Source: a virus
Virus record (IMG/VR): IMGVR_UViG_3300050343_000185
Direction: 5' to 3' (one strand)
DNA: 64,000 nucleotides
Position numbers and translations under genes: made by a program. This document shows positions 41,401 through 52,215 of this stretch, in pieces (the stretch's first letter is position 1; the number at the start of each line of letters is the position of its first letter). A model generated the notes under the pieces. That model was not told where the DNA came from and did no database searches. It saw only the letters and a list, made by a program, of their open reading frames with translations.

Positions 41401-44400
41401 GTTTACAATACCATTTTTATCAAAGTAATAAAAATTAAGAAAATCTGTTCCTACTTTAGTATTATAAGTATTTTGCGATAGAGCAGAACCAAATCCAAAT
41501 TTAATTGTTGTTGATGATCCAGAATTACCTGGTAAAATTGTAGTAGCAAGTTTTTCTGTAGTTAATAGATTATAACTTTTACTTGGACTCATATCAAAAT
41601 ATGTTCCAATCAAAGAAGAATGCGAAGTATCAAAAACATACTTATAAAACTCTTGTACATTAATATTTGGATTTGGTGTAAATGTAGTATTGTCTTCTGA
41701 GAATTCAAATTTAAAATCAATATCTCTAACCGAAACAATAGATACTAATCTTTGTTGACTGCTTTCATCAAAAAATGTTGTACTTAATGTTATTGTTTCT
41801 GCTTCTCGCTTATCGATACTGTAATCAAATACGATAGTAGCATTTTGAGTATTCAAATCATACGACTGAATATATCCACTACCATTCGCAGAAGTAATTT
41901 TAAAATTATCTGAAAAATTATATCTAGGTTTGTATAATGAGAGAGATCCCCCATTGTAGTGATCTACTGCGATAGTTTCTTCTACAGATCGAATTACTGT
42001 TAGTATATTGCTATTGATAGCAGAAATTTCTACAATCTCAGATCCAATACTTACTAAATCTCCTACAGCAAATCCTTTTGAAGTTTTAACTTCAATAGTA
42101 GTAGCGTTGAATGAAACACCTGCATGATCAACATATAATGCTAATCTGGAAGAACTTAAAGATGCTCCTGATCTTTGTAGTTGATCATCATCTACACCAA
42201 GGTAATCTCCTCTCTTATAATCAGTACCACCATTTGTAATAGTGATACTACTAACGACTCCGGTAGTAGATACTATAATGTCCGCAATAGCACCAGAACC
42301 AGAACCTCCTGTGATTGGAATATCTGTATATGTTCCTGGTGTATAATCTGCCCACCATTTAAATTGGTAAATCTACCAATACCATTAAAATTAATCGTTG
42401 TTGTATTAGACGGTGGTCTGAATGTTACTTGCTGATATAATCTTTTCCTGATGTAATAAATTTTAGTTTTTACTGCATCGTCTGGAAATATATTAATATC
42501 AACAGAGTCTCCAATTGCTAATCCATGATCTTCTGTAGTTTCCACTAAAGCAACACTTTGATTTACTTCAAATGGTTCTAGATTATCACTTAACGAAACT
42601 AATGTGATAATTTTAGATCCAGATGTGTTGAACAGATTATCTGACTGAATATAATAATCATCATCAACAATCCATACACCAGATAATACTTTAATAGTAA
42701 CTGTATTCTGTCTGCTAGTTCCTTCTAGAATTTCAGCAGTAGCAATTGCTGGATTAACACCATCAGTTAAACTTAAGGTGGCACCTTTTGTATATGAACT
42801 ATCTTGATCAATAGTAAGAATAAAGGTTTTAATGTCAGCTGAAAAAGTTCCAGTGTTATTGAAAGTTCCTACTACATTTTTAAGTACAATCAAGTTGTCG
42901 TTAGAAACAGTTCCTACAATAGAACCAGATGCTCCACTTGCTGGTTGTCTTAATGTGTCATCTACAAATAAGAAAGCATTTTGAATAGTTGTTAGTTTTA
43001 CAACTTTATCTTCTTTACTCTGTAAGTAATTGACACTTTTTCCTTTAACCGAAGATACTAATGCATTAACATCTTTTCCTTCAGTTCCCAAATTATCAAA
43101 GTATAACTGTGAATTTACGGAGAAATTGCTAGAAGAACTATCAATAGCAATAGTATCTACAGTTCCCGATCGTACTTCTGAAATAGTAGCTACTAATCCA
43201 TCACCATTACCCAGCATCCCTGGAGTAAAAAATCTTTTAGCATTTTTGGGAATATCGTTTTGATTAATTCTAGTAGTGTAATTACTATCTACTGGCAGAG
43301 AATAGTATTTGTCTCCCAAAACATATGGAAACTGTGGTACTTGACTACTATTAATAGTAATAAAATACGCATATGTTCCATTAGGGAAATCGGGGGTAAT
43401 ACAAAAACGACCATTGTTTTCATCCAAGGATCCACTTTTGTGTGAATAAACATAGTCATTGATAAAGGATCCTAATGGATACTCTATTGGAGAAGGACCA
43501 TCTTGTCTATTTCCAGATAAAGAATAACTAGAAGTCATTCTTACAATTGAGGAAGACTGATCTAATGGATTTTCATGTCCAAATGGACCATAGATTGGAT
43601 TGCCGTCATACGCAAATCCTAAAATAGGAGAATGCGTTTTGTTTGCTGGTTCTGTATCTGCAGAATTTAAATTATCATTTAATTGAATCCTAAGTGCTTT
43701 TGGATTCGCAACTTGACCATATCCATATTCAAGAACATTGTTTATGTTTTCAAAAACATAACCATATTGCTTGTCTAAATTTGTTTCTAGTTTAGAATAG
43801 CGGTTTTTATTCCATTCTTTTAGTAGTGGTGTTACTTCAGCACCTGTTCCAACAGGAATAATTTCTACTTCGATGTTCTGTTGTGTGTATAGTGTACCAC
43901 TGGCAACTTTAACAAAGTCTACAATAGATCCATCTCTATCAATTACTGTGTTATATTCAGCAAACCTTCCTTTACCAACTTTATCAATAATTCTTACAAT
44001 AGGTGGTGTTGAATAAAACTTGCCAGGATTTTCTACGACTATACTAGTTACTTCTCCACCTGTTACAACTGCTCTAGCAACACCATCTCTTCCCGAAGTA
44101 ATCTCTACAGTGGGAGTAACTGGGAATGCGATGTCTGTATCAACAATAATACTATCAACAACATTACCAACCATCTGTGCTCTTGCTCTTCCAGCAAGAC
44201 CATCTACTATAACAAATGGAGGATTGATATATCCACGTCCTCTATTATCTACACGAATTTCTTCTAGTTTTCCGAAACGTAAACTTTCCGAATCTTTATA
44301 TCCATAAATGGGAACACCATTTAATAAGATACCAACATCTCTTTTTTGTGTTTTATAAATCTTCTGTTGTTGCTACAGGAGTTTTTCTAAGGATTCTAAG

Positions 44401-45898
44401 TATTTTTTGATCCTGAACAGGTTGTGCGATAATAGGACCATCAAAAATATTATATGACGGATAACTAGAAGATGTGATATAGTAATACTGATCATCTGCA
44501 AAAATAGCAGATACATTATTGGAAACACCAGCAAGTGATTGTTCTACTGGTGTATTAGTACCAGATGTTACTGATGTTCCAGTGTCTTGAATCCACCTAA
44601 GTTGATTAGTTCCAGTCAGAACAATTCTAGGATCCGATGTTTTAAATCCGGGTTGAGATACTTGTATAGCATCATTTGTGAACGAATACGGTTTGGAAAC
44701 ATCAGGCAAAGCATCATAAACAACACCTAACGTTAGCAATGTAACATCAGAACCTTCAATTGTAACTGGTTTATAAACAAACTCACCTTGAGAATGTGGT
44801 ACAGATAAACTTCTTTCACTGACAATAAACTGAGTTATTGTTTTATCTGAAAACTTAATAATTTCATTGCCAATTAAAATTTCTCCAATAGAACTCCATC
44901 CCATCGTAGAAAATACATTAACTCTATCACCAACTCCAAGAGATGAAGTGCTATAGCATTTTCTAATTTAGTTTTTGTTGAAATTTGAAATTCGCCATTG
45001 ACAGTTTCTGGAGCAACAACAATATTCCAGATTACTTCACCATCAATTGTACCTTGAGCAATAACATTATCTACAGTAGCAGATGCATATCCATAATCCT
45101 CTGTTGGAGACTGTACTATTTTCTTGCCAATTAAGTCTTTTGGATTTCCTGATACTACTTTTACCTTAAGGGCATATACATTAATCCAATCAGATTCAGA
45201 TGATTTGTATGTAAATTCTCTTGGGTGATATACTTCTGGTTTGTTTTCTACATCATCAGATACAATAGTATTAAAAATAAATTTAATAGAATCATCTGTT
45301 CCTTTTGCTTTGTAGAACTTCTGAATATTTTTAATCAGCGTTCTTTTATCTACCTCTCCCCTAAGATACTTTTCTGGGAATGATCCAAGGTATTGATTTT
45401 CAAAATTTCTTACAAAAGCATATAAGAATAGATTACTGATGTTATATACTTCAGCACCTGCTAAATGCTCTGTTGCTGTTGTACTAGAAAAATTAGAAGC
45501 ATTATACAAGTCTCCTAACTTAGTATTACCGCTTACTCCTCTAGAGCATTTAGTAATTGGTTACTAGTGCGACTTTCATAGAAAATAATTTCGTCATCAA
45601 TTCTTACATATCCATTTTTCTCTGGAAAAGACTGAGCATCTACAAGAAGAATTGTTGTATCACTAATGTTAACGTTAGTAACGATAGAATCTTTCTGATT
45701 AAGTAGATTTTTTTCGTAATAATCGATGTCAGCATATTTTTGGATGTTACTTAAAACATCCAAGGGACCACCCTGTACTTCCTGTGCTTCGTAATACTTC
45801 TCTACAAACTTACCAAATAGTTCATATTCAGAAGAAATGAATTCTGGAAGTTGTGATTCAATTAGAGTAGAAATTCTTTTAGTCTTTACAGAAGGCAT
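35416..45898 (-). CDS. gp7: Baseplate wedge initiator gp7 (~3494 aa), split in the track by four single-base frameshifts
   Basis: Begins KRISTLIESQLPEFIS...YY; directly follows gp6. Corrections of +1 (~45548), +1 (~44952), -1 (~44361) and +1 (~42351) give 10485 nt, an exact 3495 codons, with protein-like sequence across every junction. Confidence 0.85.
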
Positions 45899-45903
45899 TT
45901 ACT

Positions 45904-47700
45904 TTACTCTTTGTATGCAGTGAACGATGAATTGGCAACGTCAACGTCAAGGTATACCTCACGGAGTGCCTTGATATCATTAAGAAGTGGTTTTACTCTA
46001 ACAGAAATGCGGTTGTCAAAGAATGATCCTTTTATGATAGTAAGAGCATACATTTTCAACTCACCTTTTTCATAATCAATATCCCCAACATTACTGTCTA
46101 GAACAACTTTTTCGCCGGTTACGCTATCTATTCTATATAGGACAATTTTGCCATCCCTATCTTCCAAATACACATCAAATGTTGGGTATTCTGTTACTCT
46201 AAAAGCAGTTGATGACAGGGTGGGTTCGTCACAATCTTTATCGAAAGCATTTTGAAAACATACTTCATAATAGAAAGTAGAATTGAGACTAGGATAAAAA
46301 TCCTTCCTCATAGTTACTTCTGTTAAATTTGAATTGATTGATGGGTCTGCGTCATCAATTACACTGACTAACTTACTAAATCTAAACTTGCCATTAAATT
46401 TCTCTATATCAGAAACGTCAAGATATGATTGTACAGAATTAATTGTTTTATCTCTAATCTGTGCTGGTTTTAAATCTGTTGCCTCACCACTGTAATAAAC
46501 CTTAGAAGTTAACTCAACAAACAAAATTGATGGATCTACAATAACTGGTCTTACCGAAGCAACCATGTACTTCTTTAGATCTTCGATAATTTCTTGTTTT
46601 GTTAATGATGTAAGGAAAGAAGCATCAGTTGGTTTTAATACAATAAAAACTTTACCATACTCTGGTGGGTCTTGGTCTTCGCCGCCAAAAATAATAATAT
46701 CACTTACTGATGGATATACTTTACGAATGATAGCAGAGTAATCTTGAGCAGTTACAGCACGATCCTGTGTGCCATACATTTTTGGAGCATTTCTCTTAAT
46801 GTTCTTAATAGACTCTTTATCTTCTCCACCTGTAGAAGCTTCTACATTAGTAATGGCAGTACTAAATGCGTTTGGAGATACACCATTTGGATTTTCAATA
46901 ACTCCAGAAAACACAAATGTCTTAACACCGTTGGACTCTGGTCCTGATGTTGTAATGTAAGATACTTCTACTCTAGATCCGTTATCAACTTTCTTACCTA
47001 AAACACCATCACCCAATAAAATTTCGTATCTATCATCTTCGATCTCTTCAATGAAGAAAACTTTTGATGTAGAATCAACGTTTAGGATATTATCAGCAAC
47101 GAGATATGACTCATTGAAATTACTACCAGAAGGATATACCTTCACTCTAATAGTATTAGTGTCAATGTTTTGGTTGTCAAGAACAAATCTTTGTGATTTT
47201 AATGATGTGTTAACAGTAAATGTGTTGAGAATCTGTGTTCCTTCTCTAACTTCAACATTATCAAATGTCGCAACGTTGTTAACTACTTGTCCTGTTACAT
47301 CCTCTAATGTGATGTATTGATAAATGTTGTTGTCAAACGAACTAATAAATCCTGTTCCTTTCTTCAGTAGGAGTTCAGTATCAGTTGTTGATGTTCCATA
47401 ACTTACGTTAAAAGAAATATACGCAGTAGGAGAGGTGATACCTTTGGGTCTGTATCCTAATTGCTTCGCAATCGCTACTACGTTGTCTCTTAAGGTGGCA
47501 GAATCAATGAATAGTTCATTGACTACCAGATTAGCATTAAACGCCGTATAATACGTATTATAGGCAAGTGTGTCAATTAATGTTGATAGGACTGATCCAT
47601 CAAAATCATAGTCAGTAAAATCTGACTGTGCTCTGATATATTCTTTCAGAGCAACTTTGATATCTTCAAAGTCTAAATTAGCAACCTGAGTATATGGCAT
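45904..47700 (-). CDS. gp6: Baseplate wedge subunit gp6
   Basis: ANLDFEDIK..LKEYIRAQSDFTDYDFDGS; TQDRAVTAQDY; GGEDQDPPEYGKVFI. Confidence 0.95.
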   Translation of the reverse strand: MPYTQVANLDFEDIKVALKEYIRAQSDFTDYDFDGSVLSTLIDTLAYNTYYTAFNANLVVNELFIDSATLRDNVVAIAKQLGYRPKGITSPTAYISFNVSYGTSTTDTELLLKKGTGFISSFDNNIYQYITLEDVTGQVVNNVATFDNVEVREGTQILNTFTVNTSLKSQRFVLDNQNIDTNTIRVKVYPSGSNFNESYLVADNILNVDSTSKVFFIEEIEDDRYEILLGDGVLGKKVDNGSRVEVSYITTSGPESNGVKTFVFSGVIENPNGVSPNAFSTAITNVEASTGGEDKESIKNIKRNAPKMYGTQDRAVTAQDYSAIIRKVYPSVSDIIIFGGEDQDPPEYGKVFIVLKPTDASFLTSLTKQEIIEDLKKYMVASVRPVIVDPSILFVELTSKVYYSGEATDLKPAQIRDKTINSVQSYLDVSDIEKFNGKFRFSKLVSVIDDADPSINSNLTEVTMRKDFYPSLNSTFYYEVCFQNAFDKDCDEPTLSSTAFRVTEYPTFDVYLEDRDGKIVLYRIDSVTGEKVVLDSNVGDIDYEKGELKMYALTIIKGSFFDNRISVRVKPLLNDIKALREVYLDVDVANSSFTAYKE

Positions 47701-48092
47701 TATCGTGTGCGCTCTAAGAAGAATTCTACTGCTACTGGTGTATCGTCTCTACCTACGATCGTATACGATAATTCAACTTCATATCCATTACTCATTTCAT
47801 CTGGTATGCAGTTAATAGTATTAACACGAATTCGTGGTTCGTAACGATTTAATACATCTGCGATCTCTGATCTGAGAATACCAGCACTACCATAATCTAA
47901 TGGTTCAAATAATATATTTTGAATATCACAACCCAATTCCGGTTGAAATGGTCTTTCTCCCTTCCTAGTAAGGAGTAAGGCAGTAATCGATTGAACGATA
48001 GCTGCCTTATCTTTTACCGTTACTAAATCATCACTTACAGGATGCTTCTTAAAGGTAATACTCAGATCTTTAAATGTCTGAAAGGTCGGCAT
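47700..48092 (-). CDS. gp25: Baseplate wedge subunit gp25
   Basis: FKDLSITFKKHPV...LLTRKGERPFQPELGC...RYEPRI. Confidence 0.95.
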   Translation of the reverse strand: MPTFQTFKDLSITFKKHPVSDDLVTVKDKAAIVQSITALLLTRKGERPFQPELGCDIQNILFEPLDYGSAGILRSEIADVLNRYEPRIRVNTINCIPDEMSNGYEVELSYTIVGRDDTPVAVEFFLERTR

Positions 48093-48116
48093 CTAGACAC
48101 AGCAGTAGGCTGTTAC

Positions 48117-48123
48117 TATTTAT
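48117..48123 (-). promoter_or_regulatory. Late promoter ATAAATA
   Basis: Upstream of the gp25 start. Confidence 0.7.
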
Positions 48124-48314
48124 CACTTACCAACGAATCCATCCGCCCATTCTTGAGAATCAAAAACCTCTTCGTTCTTTGCTTTGTTGCGATTACGTTT
48201 CGCTGACATGTTTAGATACTTATCACTATCAGTCTCGGTGATAAGTGTCATACCTTCATTAACAAAGTCATCGCCTTTGTCAACTGATCCGTCTAATCGA
48301 TTAGGGTGTCCCAT
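48123..48314 (-). CDS. Hypothetical protein (63 aa)
   Basis: Likely start MGHPNRL overlapping the upstream gene end. Confidence 0.6.
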   Translation of the reverse strand: MGHPNRLDGSVDKGDDFVNEGMTLITETDSDKYLNMSAKRNRNKAKNEEVFDSQEWADGFVGK

Positions 48315-48960
48315 TTTGTTTCTCCTTTTGTGTTTGCCAAAAATAATCATCGGTGTCTCCAAGGCGTCCCCAGTCCGTTCCTGACTCTACTTGGTATTCT
48401 ATGGTAGATACTTTAAAGTCGGGGAACTTGGGTTCCTCAGGGGTGATAGAGAGGTCATACAGACGCATCCTGTTATTAGGATACAATGCATACTGACCAT
48501 TGTTCAATGCGATACAATTATGTGATTTGTGCTCTTGTGGCACTTCACTTACATTGTTATCTATTACATCTGGATTTGCGTGGTAGTTATCAAGTGTAAA
48601 CAAGTATTGTCCCTTCATAAGACCATGATCTCTAGTGAAGACCTCACAATCCATTGATGAGACAAATCCTTTGTTGATTGCCATGACACCATAATCCATG
48701 CAATTCCAGAATTGTAGATTCTCCAAACTCATGTCTATGACTGGGGTTTCGGGGGATCGTACAAACGCACTAATGGGTAGTTTGTCATACATTGCTCCAT
48801 ATGTGGGTAAGTATGTCTCAAAGTAAAAAGCACGCCCAGGTATGCTTTTAGCAGCAACCCAGACGCCCTCAACAAACTCCCCATGTCCATCTTGATGATC
48901 TCGTAAGTATTCCCTACGAACCCAAACTTTCTCTGCAGGAAGATTGCAAATTAAATTCAT
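48301..48960 (-). CDS. Conserved marine myovirus hypothetical protein (219 aa)
   Basis: MNLICNLP..VWVRREYLRDHQDGHGEF...YGAMYDKLPISAF...HKSHNCIALNNGQYALYPNNR. Confidence 0.8.
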   Translation of the reverse strand: MNLICNLPAEKVWVRREYLRDHQDGHGEFVEGVWVAAKSIPGRAFYFETYLPTYGAMYDKLPISAFVRSPETPVIDMSLENLQFWNCMDYGVMAINKGFVSSMDCEVFTRDHGLMKGQYLFTLDNYHANPDVIDNNVSEVPQEHKSHNCIALNNGQYALYPNNRMRLYDLSITPEEPKFPDFKVSTIEYQVESGTDWGRLGDTDDYFWQTQKEKQNGTP

Positions 48961-49106
48961 CCCCTACCTTGTCCTCTGTAACGCTTCTTAGCACTATTGC
49001 GTGACGTAGGTGTATACTTGGTGTGCTTACCACGTCCTTGACGAGTACGCTTCGGTCGAGACTCAATCGTCTCAGCACCTGATAATCCAACTCTACTCTT
49101 TGCCAT
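48957..49106 (-). CDS. Small highly basic protein (49 aa, not in the ORF track)
   Basis: MAKSRVGLSGAETIESRPKRTRQGRGKHTKYTPTSRNSAKKRYRGQGRG; ATGA overlap with the next gene; TATAAT at 49131-49136 upstream. Confidence 0.75.
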   Translation of the reverse strand: MAKSRVGLSGAETIESRPKRTRQGRGKHTKYTPTSRNSAKKRYRGQGRG

Positions 49107-49160
49107 TGCTTTTTATCGTTTGACCTTTGTATTATAGCACATCAAACAGGAATCGTCATC

Positions 49161-49526
49161 TTAACCCGCAGGAACCGCAGGAATAATTGGAGCATCACCA
49201 AGAAAGACCGAATGCGATCCTGTAAGGACCCTAGAACCAAATCCAACACCGGGAGGGAGTGCTACGATATCACTTAGTCCAACAACTGCTGCTGGACCTC
49301 CTCCTATCCATACTGTAGCATGTCCTGTGAGAATTACATCCGGATGTATCGGTGGTGGTGGAAATGTAGGAATCGTATGTGGGATAAACGTATTACCTAC
49401 ATGATGTGCTGGTCTTCCATTAATTAAAACATTTGCAGCAAATCCTTCTGGTGCTGGTTTCGGAATTGGTACTGGATGAGAATCATGGTTACTATATGAT
49501 CCAAGTAACCCTACTAACATCACCAT
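49161..49526 (-). CDS. PAAR-domain spike tip protein (gp5.4-like)
   Basis: VLINGRPAHHVG and VWIGGGPAAVVG PAAR-like repeats with His ligands. Confidence 0.8.
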   Translation of the reverse strand: MVMLVGLLGSYSNHDSHPVPIPKPAPEGFAANVLINGRPAHHVGNTFIPHTIPTFPPPPIHPDVILTGHATVWIGGGPAAVVGLSDIVALPPGVGFGSRVLTGSHSVFLGDAPIIPAVPAG

Positions 49527-50647
49527 TAGTCAAATGCCCCTGGTTCATTAACAGCGGTTCTATTTAGAAGAAATTGTATACGATCCGGCACAAAATCACC
49601 GTTATACCTTACAGGCCAATAAAAATACCATATATTATTTGATAAGTTAGAAGCAAACGTTTCTAATCCAACTTTACCGTATTCAACTAGTCCTGTTGCT
49701 ACATCATCCGGAATTAGCACGTCAGGTATAATAACAGTAGTACATGAAACCTTAAGTGTAATTACTACGGTGTCAAGTTGACTACTTTTAACTTCAGCAA
49801 TTGTTCCTACTGTACGTTTAGAACCCCTAGGTTTTGTTAGTTCATCCCATTTAGGACTACCAGAGTTTTTCGCATCAAATTCTTCGTCACTTATCGCAAG
49901 CAGATCATAACTAGCGTTCGGCGTCGTGTTCTTAAAACCTGATTCAAAAGTCGGATACCCGTTCTTCTTATCGATAACTAACGGTTCTCCAAATTTTGGT
50001 ATAATCGCAGGGTTCTGTCTCCAAACACCATCACCCCTTATATGAAGAAGCTCGGAGTCACTTTCCTCCAGATCCGGCATGTTATACTGTGGTGCATTTA
50101 TAATTGTCAATTCTTGATCATAAAAAGGAAACTCAGAAACATAGCCCCGGATAGTAGATATACCTACGTACCCTAAGAACAACACAGGAGGCACTACATC
50201 GTTCGTAAGTATGATTCCGGGGTCAATGTTCGGATATAGTCTGCCATCGTCTCCATGACCCCATGCGCTTACTCTGATTGCCTCATCGTATGGTGTCTCC
50301 TCATACTCTGGTAGATACTCACCATCTTCCTCAGCATCTCTTGGCCATAGATCAATACGTTCTACCGTAACATTCATAGTGAGTATACGTTCATCCTCAA
50401 ATGCTGGAACCATCCAGATCTGAGTACTCTTTATCTCTTCCCATATTACCCACGGTGGGGTCTCTGAAAATAATCCTAACTCTAACCCAGAAAATACTGC
50501 CTGTGAATTTTTTGGATAAAATCTTCCAGCATAAAACGGTACGCCATTATAATCGGTGAGCTCCTCTAACTTATTGAAGTCGGAAATCTCGATCGGACCA
50601 ATACCGCCCATCGATGGTGCTAAGAAATTAATCCATGGTACTGCCAC
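49526..50647 (-). CDS. Hypothetical late protein (373 aa)
   Basis: Long clean ORF coupled by TAATG overlaps in the late operon. Confidence 0.8.
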   Translation of the reverse strand: MAVPWINFLAPSMGGIGPIEISDFNKLEELTDYNGVPFYAGRFYPKNSQAVFSGLELGLFSETPPWVIWEEIKSTQIWMVPAFEDERILTMNVTVERIDLWPRDAEEDGEYLPEYEETPYDEAIRVSAWGHGDDGRLYPNIDPGIILTNDVVPPVLFLGYVGISTIRGYVSEFPFYDQELTIINAPQYNMPDLEESDSELLHIRGDGVWRQNPAIIPKFGEPLVIDKKNGYPTFESGFKNTTPNASYDLLAISDEEFDAKNSGSPKWDELTKPRGSKRTVGTIAEVKSSQLDTVVITLKVSCTTVIIPDVLIPDDVATGLVEYGKVGLETFASNLSNNIWYFYWPVRYNGDFVPDRIQFLLNRTAVNEPGAFD

Positions 50648-50874
50648 TATACTGTCCTCGCAACCTGTAGTAAGTCTTTCTTGATACCTTCGATATTATT
50701 ATGAAGATAATCTAATGTCTCTGAGAGACTCTCGTGCTCAGATTCCGTGGGACGACGATACATCAATCGTGGTCGCTCCAGCTGCGATATCCGTTGGTCC
50801 AGGCTCGTCAACTTCTCGGACAGCTTCAGGAGTTGACTCTCCAACTTCTGCTGCTGCTGTAACAACTCTTCCAT
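50647..50874 (-). CDS. Hypothetical coiled-coil protein (75 aa)
   Basis: MEELLQQQQKLESQLLKLSEKL...LERPRLMYRRP. Confidence 0.65.
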   Translation of the reverse strand: MEELLQQQQKLESQLLKLSEKLTSLDQRISQLERPRLMYRRPTESEHESLSETLDYLHNNIEGIKKDLLQVARTV

Positions 50875-50989
50875 CGTTTTGATCTCCTCTGTTGAATGCT
50901 TCTGATGCCCTCGACTCAAATGCGTCACAGAATGCATCGAAATTATTTAATATACTATCGAAATTTTTAAACTCGTCTTTTTCAGGCAT
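50738..50989 (-). CDS. Hypothetical acidic protein, first gene after the late promoter
   Basis: MPEKDEFKNFDSILNNFDAFCDAFE; overlaps the next ORF. Confidence 0.55.
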   Translation of the reverse strand: MPEKDEFKNFDSILNNFDAFCDAFESRASEAFNRGDQNDGRVVTAAAEVGESTPEAVREVDEPGPTDIAAGATTIDVSSSHGI

Positions 50990-51046
50990 TTTTTTGCTGG
51001 GAAATTTTTTTGGGTTTCAAGGTTTTGAAAAAACCATTTTCAAAAA

Positions 51047-51053
51047 TATTTAG
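51047..51053 (-). promoter_or_regulatory. Late promoter CTAAATA opening the baseplate operon
   Basis: At the boundary between the early region and the late module. Confidence 0.65.
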
Positions 51054-51175
51054 TGGTCGTCTGGATACTTTTGTAGGTTAGGAGGGACCCATGGATTTTC
51101 GCTTGGCGCATCGCTAAGGGCGCTAGGGGGGGCAATATACAGTCCGTAGACTGTCCACCCCTGTCCCCGCTGTGA

Positions 51176-51445
51176 TCACAACTCTGCTAGCATCTCATTC
51201 ATCTCATCAGCGTCGATCTCTGGATTGTCCCATGCCACGCCGTCTGCTGTCTTGCAGAGCATACGACCGATCTGCCCCTCACACATGCAACGTTGGAACT
51301 TGTCCCATGGTGTCTCGTCCTCACTGCAGAACTTCACACATGCCTTTGCTGTGTTGTAGAGGAACTCATCGTTACCGATCCACAGCGACACGTTCCATGT
51401 CTCGTAGTTTGCCCAACCGTTGTACGTGGTGTCGGTTGCTGTCAT
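51176..51445 (-). CDS. Conserved phage hypothetical protein (89 aa)
   Basis: TYNGWANYETWNVSLWIGNDEFLY motif; AC-rich leader and dyad promoter upstream. Confidence 0.8.
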   Translation of the reverse strand: MTATDTTYNGWANYETWNVSLWIGNDEFLYNTAKACVKFCSEDETPWDKFQRCMCEGQIGRMLCKTADGVAWDNPEIDADEMNEMLAEL

Positions 51446-51497
51446 GTGATGTCCTTTGTTTGGTATGTGCTTATTGTAGACCCTAGAGGGGCGTTGC

Positions 51498-51724
51498 CTA
51501 TGCCAGCAGTGCCAGCTCCTGGGTTGTCACACTGCTGATGTCCTCTCCTTCATAGACCCGCACCCATGGGATGGGTTGACCAGAGGTGAGACGCCAGATC
51601 ATCTGATCTCCCTCTTGCTCCTGCTGTCTGATCGCTGCGATACGGTAGGCACCGCAATGGTGGGTGAGTAGTCTGCACCGTACTCGTCAAAGGTGCCGAA
51701 TGAAGTGGGTTGGACTGCGAACAT
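51498..51724 (-). CDS. Early hypothetical protein (~75 aa, one frameshift)
   Basis: MFAVQPTSFGTFDEYGADYSPTI / GAYRIAAIRQQEQEGDQMIWRL...; joins by adding one base near 51655. Confidence 0.55.
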
Positions 51725-51772
51725 GATTTGATTGGTTGTTTGTTTGTTGAACTTAGTCTACAGGGTCAGCGT

Positions 51773-51960
51773 CTAATGTCTGTCGCTGATGTTCCAGTTC
51801 GTGGATTGGACGGGTTCGATGCGTCCTGCTCTCACTGCCTGCCTGTACTCATCTCTGCCTGTGCTGGCGTTGGATCTTCTCCATGACTGTCTGCATCATG
51901 AGGGGATGGGTTCTCGTTGTGAATGAAGAAACCGGTTCGTGTCATTGCTTTGTTTTCCAT
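51773..51960 (-). CDS. Early hypothetical protein (frameshifted)
   Basis: MENKAMTRTGFFIHNENP... continuing in other frames as MMQTVMEKIQRQ and EYRQAVRAGRIEPVQSTNWNISDRH. Confidence 0.4.
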
Positions 51961-52215
51961 GCTGTTAGTATAGACCCTCGGATAAGTGCTTTGGTGATTC
52001 TGTAGACCAGTTTCAACGCTGTCACATCACTACCCATAGAGGGAGCGAAGGCATGTGTTCACTTAGTGATGAAGCAATAATGCAGGATCTTCTACGTGAT
52101 GCCATCTTCGTGCTAGTATGGGTGAACTATCTTCTCCCTGTTCTTTGGTCAGCTTGCCCTGTGTTACTTAGTGATGAAGCGATTAGTGTTAGTTAATCGC
52201 TTCACTATGTGAAAC

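Noticed and set aside
42340-45560. Programmed frameshifting, introns or inteins explaining the split gp7
   Set aside because: Each break is a single base with no slippery heptamer, pseudoknot or inserted sequence, and identical breaks occur throughout the window.
9984-45898. GxGY / GGSGY repeats in the structural proteins as a novel repeat system
   Set aside because: These are ordinary repeats of cyanomyovirus baseplate and fibre proteins.
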